IMG/VR virus record: IMGVR_UViG_3300037470_000126
Coordinates: 18,369 to 82,368 of that record
DNA from: a virus
Lineage: Duplodnaviria > Caudoviricetes
Length of the DNA stretch: 64,000 nucleotides
Strand: one strand, 5' to 3'
In this document: piece by piece, positions 8,643 through 15,357 of the stretch
Numbering within the stretch: the first letter of the stretch is position 1
How the letters are laid out: the number at the start of each line of letters is the position of its first letter
Program-made: the position numbers and the translations under genes
Notes under the pieces: generated by a model
The model's database searches: none
What the model was told of the DNA's origin: nothing
Seen by the model: the letters and a program-made list of their open reading frames with translations, nothing else

Positions 8643-9008
8643 TCAGGCCTCGACAGTCTCCGCGTAGGTGCAGGAGATGGTGGTGCGCTTGGTCTTGCCC
8701 TCGTCGTTCACGTAGTTGATCCACTGCTTACCCCACCCGGAGATCTTGACGCCGGTGGCGACCTCGGACTCCTCGTCGTCGGTCAGGCGAACAGCGATGC
8801 GGACGGGGGTCTCGCGGAACTCCCTCCAGTTCTCAGCGGTAACGCGCACCGGCTCGAACACGGGGGCGGGAGTCTCGATGGTGGTAACACCCTCGGCGGC
8901 AACGGTGGAGAGCATGTCGGCGAACTTGGCGCGGCTCCGACGGCACTGGGCACGGGCGGCCTTCGTGCTGACGTGCTCGCAGTTCGCGTGGCTCTGGATC
9001 TTGGACAT
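8643..9008 (-). CDS. Hypothetical protein with HCHC module
   Basis: HANCEHVSTKAARAQCR; C-terminal domain similar to 11326..11715. Confidence 0.85.
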   Translation of the reverse strand: MSKIQSHANCEHVSTKAARAQCRRSRAKFADMLSTVAAEGVTTIETPAPVFEPVRVTAENWREFRETPVRIAVRLTDDEESEVATGVKISGWGKQWINYVNDEGKTKRTTISCTYAETVEA

Positions 9009-9049
9009 TCTGTGCTCCTCGGTTCGTGTCGTTCTTGCTTACAGGGATA

Positions 9050-9078
9050 ACACTACGCACTCAGCGCCGGGCCGTCAA
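9050..9078 (-). promoter_or_regulatory. Sigma70-type promoter
   Basis: TTGACG-17-TAGTGT. Confidence 0.75.
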
Positions 9079-9208
9079 GGCCAGCTCACGGTTTCTTTCA
9101 AGATTCTTTAGGTTGCCACAATCCCTGCTACAGAAAGGCTCTGTGCGCTCGCCAGTGAGCCGGCACCCTCTCCCCGGAGGTACCGGCTCGGCTGACCCTG
9201 CTAAGCGC

Positions 9209-9463
9209 TTACGCGCCGGCGTGAGGGTTGAGAAGGCGCTCCATGAGCCGGTTGGTCAGCTCACGCGCCACCTCCTGCTCGGTGACGGCGTAGACACGAG
9301 ACGCGGCAGCGTGGAGCTCCGCTACGTCCCACACCTCCCCGAACTTCTGATCCATCGTGGCGTCGGAGAACTCCTTGACCACTGCCGTCATCGGCTCGTG
9401 GATCAAGGGGACCAGCTCGGTGATCAGTTCATCTAGGCGGCGGGATTGATCGGCAGAGAACAT
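9209..9463 (-). CDS. Hypothetical helical protein
   Basis: AAGGGAG RBS and own promoter. Confidence 0.75.
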   Translation of the reverse strand: MFSADQSRRLDELITELVPLIHEPMTAVVKEFSDATMDQKFGEVWDVAELHAAASRVYAVTEQEVARELTNRLMERLLNPHAGA

Positions 9464-9501
9464 GGCACACTCCCTTGTGTACGTTCGGTTCCTACTCGAC
9501 T

Positions 9502-9530
9502 ACAGTACCGCGGTGAGAGACAGATCACAA
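9502..9530 (-). promoter_or_regulatory. Sigma70-type promoter
   Basis: TTGTGA-17-TACTGT. Confidence 0.55.
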
Positions 9531-9751
9531 GGGGGCGCACAGGGGGCGCACGGAGCACGAGGGGCGCACGCACACACGGCCGTCTGACGGCCTCAGTGTC
9601 CGCGGTGGGTACCCGGCATACCTCCGCCTCGTTCAGGCTCTCAGAAGCCCGTACAGGCTTGATCGGCAGATCTCAATATGGCAACGTTGCCAGCTCCCAA
9701 ACGAGGAAGCCCCTCCCTCTTTCGAGGTCGGGGCCTTCCCTAACAGTTTGG

Positions 9752-10060
9752 TTACTCGGCGGCGCGGGCCTTGCGGCAGATCGCGCGGTCCTTCTTGGTC
9801 TTCGGGTGCTTGCACGCTGCGTGGCTGGTGTGGGACTTGGCGATCCCGTTGGAGTGACCCTTCGCCGGCGGCGTGGTCTCAGGGTCGGGGGCACCCTGGC
9901 AGATCAGGCAGTCATCCTGGGCACCCTCGGTCTCGTGGCTCTCGTCACTGTGGGTGTTCTCGTGACCCTGGTAGTCGTAGCAGGCTTCGCAGATGTTGCC
10001 CTCAAGCAGGTCGGAGGAGACGGGGCGGAAGGTGCAGTAGGTGCAAAGCTTGCGAGCCAT
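9752..10060 (-). CDS. Cys/His-rich protein with C-terminal HCHC module
   Basis: CTYC, CEAC and CLIC motifs; ends HAACKHPKTKKDRAICRKARAAE. Confidence 0.85.
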   Translation of the reverse strand: MARKLCTYCTFRPVSSDLLEGNICEACYDYQGHENTHSDESHETEGAQDDCLICQGAPDPETTPPAKGHSNGIAKSHTSHAACKHPKTKKDRAICRKARAAE

Positions 10061-10106
10061 TTGGATCACTCTCTCTGGTTGGTGTTGCTCTGTGCTGATA
10101 GATAGA

Positions 10107-10135
10107 ACATTACACGGGTCCAGTGGCTAGCGCAA
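10107..10135 (-). promoter_or_regulatory. Sigma70-type promoter
   Basis: TTGCGC-17-TAATGT. Confidence 0.65.
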
Positions 10136-10315
10136 GGCCTGGCAACGTTGTCATTGAAAAAATCTTGAGGAGGCCTGTACGGCGATCTGACGCCGGCAGC
10201 CTCTCGCCGGTATGCCGGGTATCCGGCGGCACCGCTGGGCTCTTAGGCGGGCTCTCAGAGCCTCGCTCATGCGAGTGCCCCCGCCCTCTCACGAGGACGG
10301 AGGCTCTCTGATCGG

Positions 10316-10711
10316 TCAGGCGTTACGCTGGCGACGGCACGCGGCTCGTGCGCTCTTGGTCGCGGCGTGATCACACTCGGCGTGAGCGCCACGCACACCC
10401 ACGACCTTCATCTCCTTGACGACAGGTGCGGCAGCGGCCTTCTTGGCGGTCTTCTTCGCAGCCGGCGACGCCTTGTCCAGAGCCTCCGTGCAGCGGCTCT
10501 CGGGGTGGATCTGACGCTGGCGGGCGTCAAGCTCCCAGCCTCCCGTGATCTCGAAGCCACAGAGGCCACAGAGGGGGTTGCAGCGGTAGCAACGGCCGTT
10601 CTCGTCAACCTCGCACACGGTGTCGAGGCAACAAGTGGTCTCGCCGTCCTCGTCGGTCTCGGGGTCGATGGTCTGGCAGGTGGTGCAGTGCTTGGACATC
10701 GGGTCGAACAT
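10316..10711 (-). CDS. Cys-rich protein with C-terminal HCHC module
   Basis: Several CxxC motifs; ends HAECDHAATKSARAACRRQRNA. Confidence 0.85.
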   Translation of the reverse strand: MFDPMSKHCTTCQTIDPETDEDGETTCCLDTVCEVDENGRCYRCNPLCGLCGFEITGGWELDARQRQIHPESRCTEALDKASPAAKKTAKKAAAAPVVKEMKVVGVRGAHAECDHAATKSARAACRRQRNA

Positions 10712-10750
10712 CTGAGGCTCCTTGCTCGCTCGGTCTTGCTTACGAGTAGA

Positions 10751-10779
10751 ACACTACGGCATACGTGGGACCGTGTCAA
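10751..10779 (-). promoter_or_regulatory. Sigma70-type promoter
   Basis: TTGACA-17-TAGTGT. Confidence 0.8.
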
Positions 10780-10870
10780 GGACGTGAGCGAGAATCTTCC
10801 ACACAAGCCTGTGACGTCCGAAAACCCCGTCTCACTAGTGAGAGCGGGGTTCTCTGCCAGGGTCAATATG

Positions 10871-11008
10871 TCAGTATGAGCAGTTCTCGCAGGTCCCGTC
10901 CTCCTCCAGGTGCGTCTCACAGGTCGAGCAGAAGTGGATCTCATCGCGGCAGATCTCGATCGGGCAGCCGACCAGACCCTCAAGTGACATTTCGATCTCG
11001 AAGTCCAT
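10871..11008 (-). CDS. 45-aa acidic zinc-ribbon-like protein (not in the ORF track)
   Basis: MDFEIEMSLEGLVGCPIEICRDEIHFCSTCETHLEEDGTCENCSY; AAGGGAG RBS and own promoter. Confidence 0.75.
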   Translation of the reverse strand: MDFEIEMSLEGLVGCPIEICRDEIHFCSTCETHLEEDGTCENCSY

Positions 11009-11049
11009 TGTCTTCTCCCTTGTTTCGCTCTCTCTTGCTTACATGGACT

Positions 11050-11078
11050 ACTTTACGCGACTGACCCGGGGCCGTCAA
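11050..11078 (-). promoter_or_regulatory. Sigma70-type promoter
   Basis: TTGACG-17-TAAAGT. Confidence 0.75.
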
Positions 11079-11325
11079 GGCAGATCAGTGGTTTTCTTCA
11101 AGATTCTTTTGGAAGCTCTGTGTGCCCGTCTAAGCGCCTGTCAGACACTCGCCGGCAGTCTCGTACGCTCACGCGCTCTCGTGCTCTCACATCGCCGTCT
11201 AGGACGTCTCAGGCGCGTCTCTAGGGCTCTCGCACTCACGACACGCAGACTTGTGCCGGCTCAGACATGCGAAAGCCCGAGAGACTGTCTTAGCTCTCTC
11301 GGGCTCTCTAATCGTGCTGGGCAGT

Positions 11326-11715
11326 TCAGTTGGTCAGGCGGACGCTGTCCTCCTCGATCAGGTCGGCAACGGGGCGACGGACGGTCTTGCCGTCCTCGTT
11401 CTTGAACTGGATGTTCCGCTCGCTCCAGCCGGTCAGCTCGGTGGCGATCACGTCGCCGTCGGTGAAGCGGAGCGTAACGCCGCGGCCCTTGTACTCCTTC
11501 CAGTTCTCGCGGTGCAGGACGAGGGCGTTGACGGAGATGTGAACGCGGTGCGGAGCCGGCATGAGCATCTTCGGGCCGTTCATCGCAGCCTCAACGGCGG
11601 CAAGAATCGGGTTGGCGATCTCGACGGTGGTCGCCTTCTTCATTGCGCGGCGGCAGGCAGCGCGGGCAACCTTGGTGGAGGGGTGCTGGCAGGCGGCGTG
11701 AGAGAAGCGGGCCAT
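11326..11715 (-). CDS. Hypothetical protein with HCHC module
   Basis: HAACQHPSTKVARAACR; GAAGGA RBS. Confidence 0.85.
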   Translation of the reverse strand: MARFSHAACQHPSTKVARAACRRAMKKATTVEIANPILAAVEAAMNGPKMLMPAPHRVHISVNALVLHRENWKEYKGRGVTLRFTDGDVIATELTGWSERNIQFKNEDGKTVRRPVADLIEEDSVRLTN

Positions 11716-11765
11716 TTGGATCATTCCTTCGGTTGGTGTTGCGCTCTGTTGTGCTGACATGGATA

Positions 11766-11794
11766 ACACTACGGCACTCCGCGTGCTCCGTCAA
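11766..11794 (-). promoter_or_regulatory. Sigma70-type promoter
   Basis: TTGACG-17-TAGTGT. Confidence 0.75.
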
Positions 11795-11980
11795 GGCGAG
11801 AACGAGGTTTTCTCCAAGATCTTTTAGAAACCTCTCTGTGGCCTTCTAAGCGCCTCAGCCCGTGCCTCGGTATGCCGGGTATCCTCTGTCCCGCGTCGTC
11901 CGCGAGAGAGCCGCACAGGGCCTCGTTCCATACGAGTGCCCTCACCCTCTTTCGAGGGCAAGGGCTCTCTTCTCTCAGTC

Positions 11981-12160
11981 TCAGAAGATCCAGTTCCAGA
12001 TCTTGACGTGCACGGACTTGATCATGTCCCAGACGACGGAGAACACGGCGGCAACCCCGTCAAACCCGAGAATGGTGATCGTGGTCAGGATAACGGCGAT
12101 CACGAGAATGATCATCGCACCCGAGAACCCGTCTGTGTCGCGCTGGGGGTGGTTCATCAT
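11981..12160 (-). CDS. 59-aa membrane protein (not in the ORF track)
   Basis: MMNHPQRDTDGFSGAMIILVIAVILTTITILGF...WNWIF; hydrophobic segment; own promoter. Confidence 0.7.
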   Translation of the reverse strand: MMNHPQRDTDGFSGAMIILVIAVILTTITILGFDGVAAVFSVVWDMIKSVHVKIWNWIF

Positions 12161-12199
12161 CAGAGACTCCCTGCCTCGTTGTTTCTTGCTTACGAAGTA

Positions 12200-12229
12200 A
12201 GCTTACCACGCGCCCCGCGCTACATGCAA
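12200..12229 (-). promoter_or_regulatory. Sigma70-type promoter
   Basis: TTGCAT-18-TAAGCT. Confidence 0.65.
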
Positions 12230-12277
12230 GGGCGAGAGCTGAATTTCTCAACTCTCGCCCTCGCTCACGTCATCGGA

Positions 12278-12490
12278 TCACTGGTGCTTGGTCGGCGTGA
12301 TCTTCGCGTCGGGGTGCTCACGCTTGATCTCGTCGGCGCTCACGGCGCTGTACGTCTGGAGAGTGACAGGCTTGCCGCTCTCGTCCTTGTACGTCACGAC
12401 GTGCGTGGGACGGTCGATGGACGGCGTACGATCGCTGCCGCTCTCGTCACCCTCGCTCTTGCGTCCCTTGATCTTGTCCCAGAGTCCCAT
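12278..12490 (-). CDS. Hypothetical protein
   Basis: MGLWDKIKG N-terminus, GAGGGA RBS, own promoter. Confidence 0.75.
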   Translation of the reverse strand: MGLWDKIKGRKSEGDESGSDRTPSIDRPTHVVTYKDESGKPVTLQTYSAVSADEIKREHPDAKITPTKHQ

Positions 12491-12526
12491 TAGATCCCTC
12501 TCGTCGTTGTTCTTGCTTACGGAGTA

Positions 12527-12555
12527 AGCTTACCACTCTGCTCCGCGTCATGCAA
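12527..12555 (-). promoter_or_regulatory. Sigma70-type promoter
   Basis: TTGCAT-17-TAAGCT. Confidence 0.7.
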
Positions 12556-12691
12556 GGTGGCACGCCGATGAATCCTACGCGGATCTGAGAGCCGCTAGCT
12601 AGCCGCACTATACCCGGGTATCCGTCGTCCGTCATCGGCTCGCACACGGGCACACAGAGCCTCGTCCATACGAGGAGGCCCCCGCTCGAAG

Positions 12692-12712
12692 CCGCAAATG
12701 GGGGCCTATAAT
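12692..12712 (+). promoter_or_regulatory. Class-2 promoter CCGCAAA-N8-TATAAT
   Basis: Same box and spacing; ATG follows at 12720. Confidence 0.65.
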
Positions 12713-12719
12713 AGATCTC

Positions 12720-13061
12720 ATGCCCATTGGTGTGCCATGTACTAATCCTGACCATCATCGGAAAAGCAAAAGAGGGAGGTGCCTTGACTGTAGGTATCTA
12801 CGCATGAAGCCGCGCAATCACTACGGGGACTATGTCAAGGGTGCCAAGTGTGAAGTATGCGGTTCAACCGAGAACTTGGGCGTGGATCACGATCACTCGT
12901 GCTGCCCCCGTAACGGACGCTCCCGGTCTTGCGGTGAGTGTGTGAGGGGGACACTATGCCAGAGCTGTAACATGGCTCTGACCTATGATGTCACCCCGGA
13001 GATCCTGAGAGCACTAGCGGACTATCTGGAGAAATACGAGAGCGGCACTACTCCCGAGTAG
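12720..13061 (+). CDS. Endonuclease VII-like (His-Me finger) nuclease
   Basis: CEVC...VDHDH..C...VRGTLCQSCNMAL. Confidence 0.88.
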   Translation: MPIGVPCTNPDHHRKSKRGRCLDCRYLRMKPRNHYGDYVKGAKCEVCGSTENLGVDHDHSCCPRNGRSRSCGECVRGTLCQSCNMALTYDVTPEILRALADYLEKYESGTTPE

Positions 13062-13067
13062 TGCCGC
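13042..13067. terminator. Perfect 11-bp hairpin between convergent genes
   Basis: GCGGCACTACT-CCCG-AGTAGTGCCGC. Confidence 0.65.
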
Positions 13068-13089
13068 CCCCTCTTCTTGCCGGCTTCGC

Positions 13090-13341
13090 TTAGCCCTTGT
13101 TGTTGATCTTCTTCATGTGGTCGAGGATCGTGTTGGTGATCAAGGTCTCGGCGGCGTTGTAGATCTTGAGGGCGTCGTGGCTGTCGTGATCTTCCACACC
13201 CTTCTCGTCGCAACGCGCGATGGCGATGGCATCCGCGTAGTCGGCGATCTCGGCGGAGATGGCGTCGATCATCTGATGGGCGATGGCTTCGAGGTTCGCC
13301 TCCTTCATGATGTTGTGGATCTTGAGCTGCATGGCGTCCAT
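13090..13341 (-). CDS. Hypothetical helical protein
   Basis: GGGGAG RBS, own promoter. Confidence 0.75.
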   Translation of the reverse strand: MDAMQLKIHNIMKEANLEAIAHQMIDAISAEIADYADAIAIARCDEKGVEDHDSHDALKIYNAAETLITNTILDHMKKINNKG

Positions 13342-13383
13342 CGTGCTCTCCCCTCAGGCCCGTCTCTCGGGCTCACGTCTACG

Positions 13384-13412
13384 ACTATACACGGTGCCGG
13401 CTCTCGTGACAA
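13384..13412 (-). promoter_or_regulatory. Sigma70-type promoter
   Basis: TTGTCA-17-TATAGT. Confidence 0.7.
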
Positions 13413-13480
13413 GGACGCGCCGGCTCAACCGCCGAGAGAGGGAGTCTCGTGATGCTGTGAGACTCCCTCTCTCTACTCAG

Positions 13481-13765
13481 TCACCCAAGATCGCCGGCGT
13501 TGTACGTAGGCTCTTCGCCGGTCTCGTGGACGTGAAGCTCTTCCGCGTATGCAGCTTCGAGCTTGTCAAGGATCATGCGAAAGATCACGAGTTCAGCGCC
13601 TCGCTTAGCCTTCGGGTCCTTGATGTCAGCAGTAACCTTCTCTGCCTCTCGCTCGATGAAGTTCTCCGCGATGCTTGCCGCACCTTCAGCGCCGATCACG
13701 TTGATCATGTGATCGAAAGCCTGTCGCGCTTCATCCGTCGTGAGCCTGTTAATGCTCTCGCTCAT
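13481..13765 (-). CDS. Hypothetical helical protein
   Basis: GAGGGA RBS, own promoter. Confidence 0.75.
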   Translation of the reverse strand: MSESINRLTTDEARQAFDHMINVIGAEGAASIAENFIEREAEKVTADIKDPKAKRGAELVIFRMILDKLEAAYAEELHVHETGEEPTYNAGDLG

Positions 13766-13833
13766 GTGACTTCCCTCTGTTGAGTTAACAATCGCCTTGC
13801 TCTGTGAGCCGGTCTCGCTTGCTCACGAGAAGA

Positions 13834-13862
13834 ACACTAGCCGGCTACAGCCGGCTTGTCAA
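13834..13862 (-). promoter_or_regulatory. Sigma70-type promoter with palindromic spacer
   Basis: TTGACA-17-TAGTGT; spacer region AGCCGGCT-GT-AGCCGGCT. Confidence 0.8.
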
Positions 13863-14060
13863 CACGTTCACGAGAGAAGTTGAGAAAGCTCTGTGCGTAC
13901 GTCTGAAGCTCTCTCGCGTCGCTCTCGTCTCTCAGCACGTACGCGCTCTGTGAAGCGCTCACAGACGCTCTCACACGCGCTCTCGCGTCGCTCTGCTGTC
14001 TCTGCTCTGTGTCGAGAACGCGCACGTCAGAGCACGTCTCAAAAGATCTTGAAACTTTTC
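13854..14060. other. 207-bp tract with no CC or GG dinucleotide, between divergent promoters
   Basis: Read base by base; last GG is 13853-13854, next CC is 14060-14061. Confidence 0.9.
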
Positions 14061-14072
14061 CTCGCTACTTCC

Positions 14073-14101
14073 TTGCATCGTAGCGAGGAAGCGCGTAGTG
14101 T
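14073..14101 (+). promoter_or_regulatory. Sigma70-type promoter
   Basis: TTGCAT-17-TAGTGT. Confidence 0.75.
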
Positions 14102-14213
14102 CTTACTCAGCAGCACAGAACGACGCAAGACACGCAAGACAGTACAACTGATCTTTGACAACTCAACAGAGTGTGAATCGCAAGAAACGACACACAACAA
14201 CAGGAGTCAGACA

Positions 14214-14474
14214 ATGACGACTAAGCGTTTCTCTCACGCGAACTGTGCTCACGCTTCCTCGAAGGTAGCGCGTGCGAAGTGCCGGCGTGATCGTGCGAAG
14301 TTCGCTCAGATCCTCTCAGACGAGATCTTGAACCACGAGATCGAGACTCAGGAGATCATCCCGAACCCGATCATGGATGAAGTGAGCGCCATGATCAACG
14401 GCCCGAAGATGCTGGAGATGGGCAAGAAGGGTCGGGACACGCTTCGCAAGCGTGCCGCGCGTGCCAAGAAGTAA
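14214..14474 (+). CDS. Hypothetical protein with HCHC module (inverted cassette)
   Basis: HANCAHASSKVARAKCR; AGGAG RBS. Confidence 0.85.
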   Translation: MTTKRFSHANCAHASSKVARAKCRRDRAKFAQILSDEILNHEIETQEIIPNPIMDEVSAMINGPKMLEMGKKGRDTLRKRAARAKK

Positions 14475-14484
14475 CTAGTAGAGA

Positions 14485-14514
14485 AGCCCTGAGAGCTAAC
14501 ACAGTCTCAGGGCT
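14485..14514 (+). terminator. Terminator hairpin homologous to 11274..11305
   Basis: AGCCCTGAGA...TCTCAGGGCT. Confidence 0.65.
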
Positions 14515-14674
14515 TCTCGGCGTTCTCTGACGCTCTCGCGTATGCGACTCGACACAGAGCACACGAGACGCGCGTTAGGCGATTACACGCGCTCTCAGGA
14601 GCTCTCACATACGTAAGAGAGCGAGAGACATACACGCTCTGTCTCTCGCTCCCTATCACGCGCTCACGTCATTC

Positions 14675-14944
14675 TCAGACGTTGATACCCGGGATCCCGC
14701 TCCAGTGCTCGCTCTCGATGCCGACGGCACTCGGGTCTACTTGCCAGTAACCCTCGCAGCCGATCACCACGACCAGCTCACCCCGGGCAGCGTCGAACAG
14801 GATCCAGTGATCGGCAGCGCCGAAGTCTTCCCCGATCACTCCCTCGCACTCCGTGCACTTCGTGGTGGTCAGGATCTCGTTCGTCCCGCTCTTGAGCGCG
14901 TCATCCACCACGCTCAAGTAAATGAGTGTACGGGCGTCTCCCAT
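14675..14944 (-). CDS. Hypothetical protein with CxxC motif
   Basis: CTEC...H...CEG; GAGGGAG RBS; own promoter. Confidence 0.75.
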   Translation of the reverse strand: MGDARTLIYLSVVDDALKSGTNEILTTTKCTECEGVIGEDFGAADHWILFDAARGELVVVIGCEGYWQVDPSAVGIESEHWSGIPGINV

Positions 14945-14982
14945 GTTCTCTCCCTCGTGTTCTGTACGGGCTTACAACGAGA

Positions 14983-15011
14983 ACACTACGCCCCGCGCTA
15001 CACCATGTCAA
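14983..15011 (-). promoter_or_regulatory. Sigma70-type promoter
   Basis: TTGACA-17-TAGTGT. Confidence 0.8.
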
Positions 15012-15210
15012 GGACGCCGGCACAGCCACCAAAAAACCCCCGAGACACGGCCGATCTAGCGACTCTTGGTCTCAGGGGCTTCTGGCGTGGCTGTCTGGCA
15101 TCTGGCTAAGGAGACGACAACTCCCCCACACTCACAACGGGCGCGGCTGTAGCACTAACTGCCCCAGGCATTACCACGCGACCTAACTAACGTGGCACCA
15201 CTTACTTAAA

Positions 15211-15276
15211 GGCTCGGCGGGTTGGGCAAGGACGCCCAGATAGCATGTGGAAGCGATCTCCCCTACCCACCGAACC
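15211..15276 (-). ncRNA. Putative structured RNA (or branched terminator) downstream of tRNA-Ile
   Basis: 12-bp closing helix GGUUCGGUGGGU/ACCCGCCGAGCC enclosing two short hairpins. Confidence 0.4.
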
Positions 15277-15279
15277 TAG

Positions 15280-15356
15280 TCCCGCCAACTGGACTTGAAC
15301 CAGTGACCTCGGCTTTATCAGAGCCGCGCTCTTACCAACTGAGCTACGTAAGCAGG
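15280..15356 (-). tRNA. tRNA-Ile(GAU) with irregular acceptor stem
   Basis: D arm GCTC/GAGC, anticodon arm CGGCT-CTGATAA-AGCCG, T arm ACTGG-TTCAAGT-CCAGT; acceptor stem pairs only in a shifted register. Confidence 0.8.
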
Positions 15357-15357
15357 T

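Noticed and set aside
13893-14213. N-terminal extension of the 14214 gene given by the ORF track
   Set aside because: It spans the promoter and the CC/GG-free tract; the RBS and homology place the start at 14214
14684-14697. Extra CCGGGTATC-like box
   Set aside because: It lies inside the 3' end of a CDS (encodes IPGI) and not at the characteristic distance from a promoter
5026-15011. Integron or CRISPR interpretation of the cassette array
   Set aside because: No integrase, no attC-like sites and no constant-length repeat-spacer units; cassettes carry their own promoters
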